Source: Phycisphaerales bacterium
GTDB lineage: Bacteria; Planctomycetota; Phycisphaerae; Phycisphaerales; UBA1924
Direction: 5' to 3'
Assembly (NCBI GenBank): GCA_038328575.1
Contig: JBBQMD010000004.1
Coordinates: forward strand, 22,528 to 86,527
DNA: 64,000 nt
The position numbers and the translations under genes were made by a program. The notes beneath the pieces are model-generated. The model ran no database searches. It was not told the DNA's origin and worked only from the letters and a program-made list of their open reading frames with translations. This document shows positions 17,813-26,239 of this stretch, piece by piece. The stretch's first letter is position 1; each line of letters begins with the position of its first letter.

Positions 17813-17866
17813 TGCCGCGCCGCACGACGCGTGCGCTGGTACAGTTTCGCTGAGCAAGGAGGCTCC

Positions 17867-18601
17867 GTGCGAACGCTTTGGGACTTGATCGAACCCGCCG
17901 CTCGGATGATCCTCCCTGGCCTCAGCCGCCCGGCGAGGCCGCCCGCGCCCGCGTCGCGCCCGGCCGCGCCATCACGCATCGCGCCGCCCGCCGTCGAAGC
18001 CATTCTCGCTCCCGTTCCTGCCCCCGACTCGCTCCCATCAAAGCCACCAGCCCGCGCCGAATCCGCTCAAGAAAACTACGACCGCGTCGTGCAACACATG
18101 CTCACGACCCACAAGATCCGCGTCCGCCGCTGGCGCACCGCGATGTCCGGCGTCGCCTGGCAGTTGCAATACCGAGACGGCACAACTTCCCGCCTCCTGG
18201 AATCCCCCAAACCCAAAGGCCCCATGTCCATGGCGGTCTTCCTGCATGAGGTCGGCCACCACGCCATCGGCTTCAACCGCTATAAGCCACGCTGCCTCGA
18301 GGAGTATCACGCCTGGCGCTGGTCACTGGAAGCCATGGATGCACACGCCCTCAACATCACCGACAGCGTCCGCTATCGCATGCACCTCTCGCTGTGGTAC
18401 GCAGTCTCCAAAGCCCAGAGACGCGGCCTCAAAGCCCTGCCCCCAGAACTCGCCCCCTTCACCGAACGCCCAAAGAAAATCAAAGCGACTGACCGCGCCA
18501 CGCCCGTCAAGCAACCATCACGCCGGCTCAGCGTGGCATCGCCCGCCACACCGATCGCCCGCAGCGCCGCGACGACGCTGCCCCCAACGCCGCCGCGCTG
18601 A
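17867..18601 (+). CDS. Hypothetical HExxH (zincin-like) protein with Pro/Ala-rich N-terminal region
   Basis: 'MAVFLHEVGHHAIG' (HEVGH codons 18245-18259). AAGGAGG at 17856-17862 sits 4 nt before GTG 17867; the track ORF opens at GTG 17831. Confidence 0.5.
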   Translation: MRTLWDLIEPAARMILPGLSRPARPPAPASRPAAPSRIAPPAVEAILAPVPAPDSLPSKPPARAESAQENYDRVVQHMLTTHKIRVRRWRTAMSGVAWQLQYRDGTTSRLLESPKPKGPMSMAVFLHEVGHHAIGFNRYKPRCLEEYHAWRWSLEAMDAHALNITDSVRYRMHLSLWYAVSKAQRRGLKALPPELAPFTERPKKIKATDRATPVKQPSRRLSVASPATPIARSAATTLPPTPPR

Positions 18602-18635
18602 GATGCAACAGCACCGGCCCGCCTTTGGCATCATC

Positions 18636-19019
18636 TCAAGTTTCGTCATCCATCAACCGCCAGGCCCCACGCTCCGCCATCCCCCGCGGCTCAGCAAAGA
18701 ACGCCTCAAACGCGCCCACCACGCTCACGTTGTCAACGAACTCTTCTTCGCTTTCAAAGTGCCGCTCCGGCCCGCCATCGCGCAGCTCAAGTTGAAATCC
18801 ACCCTCCGCGTCCCCCGGCTCCGCGAACGTAGCCTGCATGAAGTGCTCGTCGTCCAGCGATAGCACCACAAAGCCCTGCGTTGCCAGCGCCAGGTGTCGC
18901 GTGATTGCCCGAACATCGTCAAGCGTGGGCCCGTCAACAACGCCGTCGAACGGCTCGACGTCGAAGTCAGCCCATTCAAGGTTGAAGCGACCGGACGCGC
19001 TCGCTGAGCCCGCGCTCAC
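18636..19019 (-). CDS. Small acidic hypothetical protein
   Basis: 127 aa, Asp/Glu-rich, no motif I recognise. Its GTG start overlaps the hpnH stop (GTGA, 19016-19019), which suggests coupled translation. Confidence 0.45.
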   Translation of the reverse strand: MSAGSASASGRFNLEWADFDVEPFDGVVDGPTLDDVRAITRHLALATQGFVVLSLDDEHFMQATFAEPGDAEGGFQLELRDGGPERHFESEEEFVDNVSVVGAFEAFFAEPRGMAERGAWRLMDDET

Positions 19020-20155
19020 TTCGCCCCCACCAGCTCCTCGCTCCGCTTCGGCGCGCTGACGCCAAGCTGCACCATCGGCCCGTGCGGCCGATCGCGCTCC
19101 TCCGCCAGCGCACGCTCGGCGTCCTTGTCGCTGTACGTCGTGTTCAAGAGCGCTTTGACAGTCGCGAACATGCCCTTGATCGAGCCGAACGTGTAATCGT
19201 TGGCGCTGGTCTCATAGCCGCAGTGAACCATGCACTGCTGGCACGCCTTGTTGCCGCTGGCGCGCCCGTAGCGCTCCCACTCGGTCGCGTCGATCAGCTC
19301 TTTGAACGTGTCCACGTACCCGTCTTGCAACAGGTAGCAGGGCTTCTGCCAGCCGAAGATGTTGAACGTCGGCATGCCCCAGGGCGTGCACTCGAACTCG
19401 CGCTTGCCCATCAGGAACTCGATGAACATCGGCGACTGGTTGAACTTCCACGTCTTCTTCCGGTTGCTCATCAGCGTCTTGAAGAAGCTCTGCGTCTTCT
19501 GACGCTCCTGCATGAACCCCTTCTGATCCGGCGCCTTCGGGTACGCGTACCCCGGGCTCACCATCATCCCCTCAACACCCAGCCCCATCATCTCATCAAA
19601 GAACTCGCGCACCGCCACCGCGTTGGCGCCCTCGAACACCGTCGTGTTCGTCGTCACGCGGAAGCCCATCTTCACCGCCAACCGGATCCCCTCCACCGCC
19701 GTCTTGAACGTTCCCTCGCGGCACACCGCAAAGTCGTGGTGCTCCTCGCTCCCGTCCATGTGAACGCTGAACGTCAGATACTTGCTGGGCTTGAACCACC
19801 CCAGCTCAAGCTTCTCCTTCAGCAGCAGCGCGTTGGTGCAGCAGTAGACGTACTTCTTGCGCGCAACCAGCCCCTCGACAATCTCCACGATCTGCGGGTG
19901 CAGCAGCGGCTCGCCGCCCGGGATCGACACCATCGGCGCGCCGCATTCCTCTGCCGCCTTCCAACACTGCTCCGGCGTCAGCACGCGTTTGAGAATGTGC
20001 GGCGGATACTGAATCTTGCCGCACCCGGCACACGCCAGGTTGCAGCGAAACAGCGGTTCGAGCATCAGCACCAGCGGGTAGTGCTTATTGCCACGGAGTT
20101 TTTGTTTGACGATGTACGAAGCCACCGTCCACATCTGAGAAATCGGAACGCCCAT
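19016..20155 (-). CDS. hpnH: Adenosyl-hopene transferase (hopanoid side-chain radical SAM enzyme)
   Basis: 'LEPLFRCNLACAGCGKIQYP' CxxxCxxC radical-SAM site with an HpnH-like N-terminus 'WTVASYIVKQKL'. Start at ATG 20155 (MGVPIS...). Confidence 0.85.
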   Translation of the reverse strand: MGVPISQMWTVASYIVKQKLRGNKHYPLVLMLEPLFRCNLACAGCGKIQYPPHILKRVLTPEQCWKAAEECGAPMVSIPGGEPLLHPQIVEIVEGLVARKKYVYCCTNALLLKEKLELGWFKPSKYLTFSVHMDGSEEHHDFAVCREGTFKTAVEGIRLAVKMGFRVTTNTTVFEGANAVAVREFFDEMMGLGVEGMMVSPGYAYPKAPDQKGFMQERQKTQSFFKTLMSNRKKTWKFNQSPMFIEFLMGKREFECTPWGMPTFNIFGWQKPCYLLQDGYVDTFKELIDATEWERYGRASGNKACQQCMVHCGYETSANDYTFGSIKGMFATVKALLNTTYSDKDAERALAEERDRPHGPMVQLGVSAPKRSEELVGAK

Positions 20156-20338
20156 AGGCCCCGAGTTTAGGCGGTCCCGCACGCACGCATCGCCCTCGCG
20201 CACGAACAGCCCTCGCGCGTCACTGCCGACAGGCACCGAAGCCTCGCCGTCACCCCGCTCCCGCATCCGCTCCGAATCGTTCCCCGTGAAGTCTCCCTCA
20301 TCAGCATCGCCAAGCGCCCGAACCGATACACTCTGTGC

Positions 20339-20950
20339 TTGGAAGAACGATCTGACAACGAGTTGCTGGCAGCTTATCGGGCGGGTGATTCGCGCTCTCT
20401 CGAAGCATTAATGCGCCGCCACCACGACGACCTGATGCGTTTTCTGACCCGCATGACCGGTGATCGGACCCGGGCGGAGGACGTCTTTCAGGAAACGATG
20501 CTCCAGATTCACATTTCCGCCGGCACCTTTGACGCCACCCGCAGATTCAAGCCGTGGCTTTTTACAATTGCCGCGAACAAGGCTCGCGACCTCTTGCGTA
20601 GGAACGCCAGACGACGCGCGTTGGATCTGGACAGCCGCGTCGGTGGACGAGGCGGCGGGTCGTCCGGTGAGGGCACCACGTTTGTGGACCTCATGGCGAT
20701 CGATGCTCCCGGTCCGGAGTCGATCGTGGGCGATGGGGAGAGGGAATCGATGGTCCAGGCCGCGGTTGGTGATCTTCCGCTCGGGCTTCGCGAGGTTCTG
20801 CTCATGGCGTACTTCCAAAAGATGAGCTACAGCCAGATCGCCGACGCTCTGGACATTCCCCTGGGGACAGTCAAGAGCCGGCTGCACGCCGCCGTCGCCG
20901 CCTTCGCCCGCAAGTGGCAAGTGGTGAGCAAAGGAAACCTTGATCGATGA
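20339..20950 (+). CDS. ECF-type RNA polymerase sigma factor
   Basis: Region 2 'DVFQETMLQIH...FKPWLFTIAANKARDLLRR' and region 4 'SYSQIADALDIPLGTVKSRLHAA'. TTG start at 20339. Confidence 0.85.
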   Translation: MEERSDNELLAAYRAGDSRSLEALMRRHHDDLMRFLTRMTGDRTRAEDVFQETMLQIHISAGTFDATRRFKPWLFTIAANKARDLLRRNARRRALDLDSRVGGRGGGSSGEGTTFVDLMAIDAPGPESIVGDGERESMVQAAVGDLPLGLREVLLMAYFQKMSYSQIADALDIPLGTVKSRLHAAVAAFARKWQVVSKGNLDR

Positions 20951-22215
20951 GCGACGCGAACCCTTCCCATCCAGACCTTGACGCGACGCTGAGTTTCGAG
21001 GACTCGCAAGCGCTGGACGCGTTGGTGGGCGCGGAGTTTGACCTCGACCGCGTGCCCGCCCGCTTCCGCGATCGCGCGGGCAAAGCTTTGTCGATCATGG
21101 ACGGCCTCGCCAGCGGCACACCCGAACTCAACGAAGGCATCGACGCCCGAATCCTTGCCGGCATGTCGCGCATCGCCGCCTTCGACATCAACCCCGAAGC
21201 CATGCACCTCAGCCCGGCCGATGAAGACGCGCTCGAAGCCCTCGTCCAGGCCGGCATGAACCCCGCTCAGGTCGCCGGCGGCATGCGCTCGCGAGCCGAG
21301 GCCCAGCTCCGCATCCTCTCCCTCCTTGATGTCCCCTCTCCCGCCGACCACGCCGCCCAGCGCGACGCGCTGATCGACCGATCCATGCGATTGATCGATC
21401 GCGAATCGCTGGCCCAGCAGCAACGCATGGTCGTCCGCCAGCCCGGCGAGCGCGCCAGCCGCTCACGCACTTGGCGTCTCAGCGACCTGATCTCGGTCGC
21501 CGCCGTGCTGCTCGTTGGCGCCGCAGTGCTCTGGCCCGTGATGTCTCAGGTCCGCGAGAGCGCCCGGCGCACCGCCTGCCTCGGCAACATAGCGTCCCTC
21601 GCCAGCGCATTCTCCACCTACTCAAACGACCATCGTGAGAGCCTGCCCATGGCCTCCGCCTCGCTGGGCGGGCTTCCCTGGTGGAACGTCGGGCGTAACG
21701 TCGCCGAATCCAACTCTGCCAATCTCTACACGCTCCGACGCGCCAAGTACGCCCAGCTTGATTCCTTGGCCTGCTCCGGCAACTCCAACGCCGTGACGAG
21801 TTGTGACGACGCGAACAAGACCGACTGGGATCGTTTCGAAGACGTCTCCTACAGCTTCCTCAACCTCTTCGGCCGCCCGGGCGCCGCCACCGGCTCCGTC
21901 TGGCACTCCGTCCGTCCCGTCGTCTTGCTCGCCGATCGCTCCGCCGTCGTCGTCCGCGCCCGCGCTGGCGCGCTCTGGATCGACGTCACCGAGAACTCAC
22001 CCAACCACAGCCGCTCCGGCCAGACCGTCCTCCTCTCCGACGGCTCCGCCAAGTTCCTTCACTCGCCCGACTTTGAGGGCGACAACATCTGGCTCCCGGT
22101 CTCCATCGAAGACGCCCTCCGCCGCTCCGCCCAGCTCCAGCGCGGCGGGCGCGCCGAGCCTCTCCGAGGCATCGAGACCCCGTCCAGCGCCACCGATATC
22201 TTCCTCTGCCCCTGA
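20947..22215 (+). CDS. Putative anti-sigma factor: cytoplasmic N-domain, one TM, DUF1559/pseudopilin-like ectodomain
   Basis: ATGA overlap with the sigma gene (20947-20950). TM 'LISVAAVLLVGAAVLWPV' is followed by 'VRESARRTACLGNIASLASAFSTYSNDHRESLP' and, near the C-terminus, 'NHSRSGQTVLLSDGSAKFL'. Confidence 0.6.
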   Translation: MSDANPSHPDLDATLSFEDSQALDALVGAEFDLDRVPARFRDRAGKALSIMDGLASGTPELNEGIDARILAGMSRIAAFDINPEAMHLSPADEDALEALVQAGMNPAQVAGGMRSRAEAQLRILSLLDVPSPADHAAQRDALIDRSMRLIDRESLAQQQRMVVRQPGERASRSRTWRLSDLISVAAVLLVGAAVLWPVMSQVRESARRTACLGNIASLASAFSTYSNDHRESLPMASASLGGLPWWNVGRNVAESNSANLYTLRRAKYAQLDSLACSGNSNAVTSCDDANKTDWDRFEDVSYSFLNLFGRPGAATGSVWHSVRPVVLLADRSAVVVRARAGALWIDVTENSPNHSRSGQTVLLSDGSAKFLHSPDFEGDNIWLPVSIEDALRRSAQLQRGGRAEPLRGIETPSSATDIFLCP

Positions 22216-22244
22216 GCCCGAGCGCCGCTCGCTATCCTGCGAGC

Positions 22245-23489
22245 ATGGCTCTGACCCCGCTCGAATCGCGCATCGCCGCCGCCATCTCCGCGCGCCACGC
22301 AACCCTGCTCAGCGACCTCCGCACCTTCGTCGATATCCCCACCGGGATGGGCCATAAGCAAGGCCTCGACGAAACTCGCGAGCGCCTCGTCGACCGCTGC
22401 ACCGCCCTCGGCGCCGCCCCCGAGTTCACGCCGGGCGATCCGCGCCCGACATGGCTCGACTCTCGCGCCATTCAGGCCGGCCGCGCCATCGACCTCGCGC
22501 CCGACGCGACCTCCCCCCCACCACCCCCCACCGTCGTCTGCCGTCGCCCCGGCACCCCCGCCTCCCCCAGCGTCCTCATCGCCGGCCATCTCGACACCGT
22601 TCACGATCCCCGCGGCCCCTTCACCCGCCTCTCCATCGACCCCTCCGGCACCCGCGCCACTGGCCCCGGCTGCGCCGACATGAAGGGCGGCCTCGTCATC
22701 GCCATCACCGCGCTCGAAGCCCTCGCCGAAGTCAACGCCGCCTCGTCCTGGTCGTTCATGCTCAACAGCGACGAAGAGACCGGCTCGTTTCACTCCGATC
22801 GCGCCCTCCGCGCCGAAGCCGCCAGCGGGCGCTATCGCGCCGCCATCGCCCTCGAACCCGCCATGAGCAAGGGCGAGCTCGCCATCTCCCGCGGCGGTAG
22901 CGGCCAGCTCATGCTCCACGCCCTGGGCCGCCAGGCCCACGTCGGTCGTGACTTCACCGCCGGGCGCAGCGCCACCGTCGCGCTCTGCGACCGCGTCCTC
23001 AAAGCGCACGCCATGAGCGATGCCGTTTCCGGCGTCTGCGTCAACATCTCGCCCATCCACTGCGACCAACCCACTAATGTCGTCAGCGCTAGCGCTCTGG
23101 CCTGGGGCAACGTCCGCTATCCCTCGCCGAAAAGTGGCGACGCGCTGCGTTCACGCCTCGAAGCGCTCAACGACCCGCCAGACGCGATGCCCCGCGTTGA
23201 AGTTCGCACCACCTTCAACCGCCCCGCCAAGCCCGTCACCCCGGAAACCGAGTCGCTCGCGCTCGCCGCCCGCGAAGTCGCCGAAGCCCTGGGCCAATCG
23301 CTCCCATTCAACACCACCGCCGGCGTCTGCGATGGCAACAACCTCCAAGCCGCTGGCCTCCCCACCATCGACACCCTGGGCGTCCGCGGCGGCGGCCTCC
23401 ACACCCTCGACGAATGGATCGACCTCCCCTCCCTCGTCGAGCGCTGCCAACTCCTCGCCATCCTCATCCACCGCCAAAGCAACGCATAA
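22245..23489 (+). CDS. M20-family metallopeptidase (carboxypeptidase G2-like)
   Basis: 'IAGHLDTVH', 'GPGCADMKGGL', 'NSDEETGS'. It starts 29 nt after the anti-sigma gene. Confidence 0.8.
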   Translation: MALTPLESRIAAAISARHATLLSDLRTFVDIPTGMGHKQGLDETRERLVDRCTALGAAPEFTPGDPRPTWLDSRAIQAGRAIDLAPDATSPPPPPTVVCRRPGTPASPSVLIAGHLDTVHDPRGPFTRLSIDPSGTRATGPGCADMKGGLVIAITALEALAEVNAASSWSFMLNSDEETGSFHSDRALRAEAASGRYRAAIALEPAMSKGELAISRGGSGQLMLHALGRQAHVGRDFTAGRSATVALCDRVLKAHAMSDAVSGVCVNISPIHCDQPTNVVSASALAWGNVRYPSPKSGDALRSRLEALNDPPDAMPRVEVRTTFNRPAKPVTPETESLALAAREVAEALGQSLPFNTTAGVCDGNNLQAAGLPTIDTLGVRGGGLHTLDEWIDLPSLVERCQLLAILIHRQSNA

Positions 23490-23561
23490 TCACAATCACA
23501 CGCCCGCGCCCCTCGTGCCCATATCCGCCCACGCCCCTGATCCCTCCGCCCCAGATTCCTG

Positions 23562-23585
23562 GATCCCTCGATCCCTAGATCCCTT
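23562..23585 (+). repeat. 3 x tandem 8-mer GATCCCTN inside a 5-site GATC cluster
   Basis: GATCCCTC (23562-69), GATCCCTA (23570-77), GATCCCTT (23578-85). Further GATC sites at 23539 and 23597. It lies in the 117-bp convergent spacer 23490-23606. Confidence 0.8.
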
Positions 23586-23606
23586 CCCTTCCCCGAGATC
23601 TCTTCC

Positions 23607-24635
23607 TTACTCCCCCACCAACTCCCACCACCCCTTCCCATTCCCTCGCACCGTAAACATCGCCCCGCCCGCCTCGTGATCCAGGCACAGCACCCACCCT
23701 CGCGCCGCGGCTTCGCGTAAGAACCATCCTCGCGTCACGCTGCTGGTATACGGCTCGACGTCGTACGCCAGCGAATACGCCTGCCCAACGTGCGCCGCCG
23801 TGGGCATGACGTCCGGCGTGAAGACGACGCTGCGTCCGCCCGGCTCGACGAATCGGACCGCCTGCTGACCCCAGGTGTGCCCCGGCGTCTGAAACACAAA
23901 CACACCCGGCATCACTTCCGTCTCGCGCAGCTCCTGCGGCGCCAGCGGCTCGTCATTCTTCTGCACCACCGTCCCCGGCGCGAACGCCGGCATCGAGTCC
24001 ACCAGCGACACCTGCTCGCGGATCGGCTCGATGTTGTCAGCGAAGTACGTTCGCGTCATCACGCTCCGATTGCTCAGCGCATCCAGCCACTCGCGCCGCT
24101 GAACAAACACCTTCGCGTTCGGAAACGACCGCTTCACACCGTGCTCGGCGCGCGATCCGCCAAAGCTCGATGCCGGCCCCGTCCAATCTGGCGTCTCGCC
24201 CGCGCGTGCCAGCCGCGTCAGCCCCCCCGCGTGATCAAAATGCAAGTGTGTCACGCACACACCCCCGATGTCCTCCGCACCGCAGCCCACCTCGTTCAAA
24301 GCGTCCAGCACGCTGCGCGTACCCATCGCAAATACGTCGCGGTTCTTCTCGTCAAACTTGTCGCCGCTGCCGGTCTCGATGAGCACACGCTTCGGCGCGT
24401 GCAGCTTCGTTCCCTCGAGCGCGTCGCCCACGCGTTCCAGCAGCAGACAGTTGTGCTGCACCGTGATCCGCCCCTTCTCATCCGGGCTCACGGCCCGAGT
24501 CCACACCGCGCGCGGAATCAGGCCAAACATCGAGCCGCCATCAAGTCGAAACTCACCCGCCCGCAGCAGCGTGTACCGGTATCGAACGTCGTTGATCATG
24601 CCGCGATGGTATTGCCCCGTGCCAGCAGCGCTCAT
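23607..24635 (-). CDS. MBL-fold metallo-hydrolase
   Basis: 'VCVTHLHFDHAGGL' HxHxDH motif and downstream 'TPGHTWG'. The start may instead be the internal ATG (MINDV...) at 24599. Confidence 0.8.
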   Translation of the reverse strand: MSAAGTGQYHRGMINDVRYRYTLLRAGEFRLDGGSMFGLIPRAVWTRAVSPDEKGRITVQHNCLLLERVGDALEGTKLHAPKRVLIETGSGDKFDEKNRDVFAMGTRSVLDALNEVGCGAEDIGGVCVTHLHFDHAGGLTRLARAGETPDWTGPASSFGGSRAEHGVKRSFPNAKVFVQRREWLDALSNRSVMTRTYFADNIEPIREQVSLVDSMPAFAPGTVVQKNDEPLAPQELRETEVMPGVFVFQTPGHTWGQQAVRFVEPGGRSVVFTPDVMPTAAHVGQAYSLAYDVEPYTSSVTRGWFLREAAARGWVLCLDHEAGGAMFTVRGNGKGWWELVGE

Positions 24636-24757
24636 CTTCTGGCCCCCTCGCCCGTCACCCCTCGCCCCTTCCCCTTCGGGTATGCTTCCCGTCCACTCGT
24701 TCGGAGCTCCGCCTCCGCCTCGCGCTCCCGTTCCCTCTTTGCTTGGAAGACCTCATC

Positions 24758-26230
24758 ATGGCCCACGCCAAGACCGCCGCGAACCCCAACGACTTCATCC
24801 TCCCAGACCTGGGCGAGGGCGTACACGAAGCCGAGCTTCTCAAGTGGCGCGTCTCCGTCGGCCAGGTCGTCAAGGAGCACGACATCCTCGCCGACATGGA
24901 GACCGACAAAGCCGTCGTCGAGGTTCCCTCCCCGCGCGACGGCACCATTGCCGCGCTGCACGGCGGCGAAGGCGAAGTCCTCCACGTCGGCAACGCGCTG
25001 GTCACCTTCGCCGACGCCCCGGGCTCTGCCGGCCCCGCCGCCATCGAAGCCAAGATCCACGGCAAGTCCGACCAAGTCGCCCAGATCGCCGCAAACCTCC
25101 CCACCAACGGCACCAAGCTCCCCAAGAGCGAAGAAGCCCGCGAAGACGCCGGCACAGTCGTCGGCGCCGTCGGCACCGAACTTGGCGGCGTCTCCCGCAC
25201 CGATGGCAAGGCCCTGGCCACTCCCGCCGTCCGCCGCCTCGCCCGCGACCTCGGCGTCGAGATCGACGCCATCAACGGCACCGGCATGGGCGGCCGCGTC
25301 ACCGACAAAGACGTCCGCGCCGCCCAAAGTGGCTCCGCGCCCCGCGTCGGCTCCGCCGCCCCCGTATCTGCAAAGTCCGGCGCGCCCTCGCGTGCCCCCG
25401 CACCCGCCGCTCGCCCTTCCACCGGCGGCAAGCCCTCGTCGGACAATGACCTCTACGCCGCGCTCCAGACCCCAGCGCCGCGCGCCAGCGCCCCCTCGCC
25501 CGCCCGCACCGAGAACCGCACCGACGCCCCGGGCGACACCCAGCGCATCCCCTTCCGGGGGGTGCGCCGCACCATCGCCAACCGCCTGCGCGAGAGCATC
25601 ACCCAAACCGTCCACTTCACCGTCATGGACGAGGCTGATGTCTCCGCCCTCGAGAGCCTCCGCAAAAAGCTCGCCGCCGCCAGCGGCGAAAAGGTCAGCT
25701 TCCTCCCCTTCGTCGCCGCCGCCGTATGCCGCTGCCTCGCTGGCGAGTTCTCGCAGTTCAACTCGACCTCCGACGACGCCAACGAGGAAATCGTCCGCCA
25801 CCGCGCCGTTCACCTGGGCATCGCCACCGACACCGACAACGGCCTGATGGTTCCGGTGATCCGTGATTGTGACAAGCTCGGCGTGCTCGAGATCAGTCGA
25901 AACATCGCTCACGTCGCCCAGGCCGCCCGCGCCCGCACAGCCAGCCGCGAGATGCTGATGGGCAGCACGTTCACGATCAGCAACGTGGGCAGCCACGCCG
26001 GCCGCTTCGCGACGCCGATCATCAACTACCCCGAGGTGGGCATCCTCGCCGTGGGCCGGGCCCGCGATGGCGTCGTCGTGCGGCAAGGCGGAATCGCCGT
26101 CGGCAAGCTCCTGCCCCTCAGTCTCGCCTGCGACCATCGCGTCGTGGACGGGGCCGCCGCCGCCCTCATGCTCGCCCGCCTGATCGAATTGCTCCAATCC
26201 CCCGACCAACTGCTCGGCCCCGCCCGCTAG
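24758..26230 (+). CDS. 2-oxoacid dehydrogenase E2 (dihydrolipoamide acyltransferase)
   Basis: Lipoyl domain 'ILADMETDKAVVEVPSP', E3-binding 'ATPAVRRLARDLGVEIDAINGTGMGGRVTDKDV', catalytic 'SLACDHRVVDGA', with long Pro/Ala linkers. Start is ATG 24758 or TTG 24743. Confidence 0.85.
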   Translation: MAHAKTAANPNDFILPDLGEGVHEAELLKWRVSVGQVVKEHDILADMETDKAVVEVPSPRDGTIAALHGGEGEVLHVGNALVTFADAPGSAGPAAIEAKIHGKSDQVAQIAANLPTNGTKLPKSEEAREDAGTVVGAVGTELGGVSRTDGKALATPAVRRLARDLGVEIDAINGTGMGGRVTDKDVRAAQSGSAPRVGSAAPVSAKSGAPSRAPAPAARPSTGGKPSSDNDLYAALQTPAPRASAPSPARTENRTDAPGDTQRIPFRGVRRTIANRLRESITQTVHFTVMDEADVSALESLRKKLAAASGEKVSFLPFVAAAVCRCLAGEFSQFNSTSDDANEEIVRHRAVHLGIATDTDNGLMVPVIRDCDKLGVLEISRNIAHVAQAARARTASREMLMGSTFTISNVGSHAGRFATPIINYPEVGILAVGRARDGVVVRQGGIAVGKLLPLSLACDHRVVDGAAAALMLARLIELLQSPDQLLGPAR

Positions 26231-26239
26231 ACTCGCGAC

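Noticed and set aside
19082-20170. 362-aa ORF antisense to hpnH. The same pattern applies to 22059..23069, 33137..34120, 45118..46155, 46845..47813, 11726..13060 and 59461..60576.
   Set aside because: All mirror a gene with clear family motifs on the other strand and have Arg/His/Pro-dominated composition.
23562-23585. Possible CRISPR or minisatellite
   Set aside because: There are only three 8-bp units with no spacers and no cas genes, which is far too short for a CRISPR array. Kept only as a short tandem repeat.
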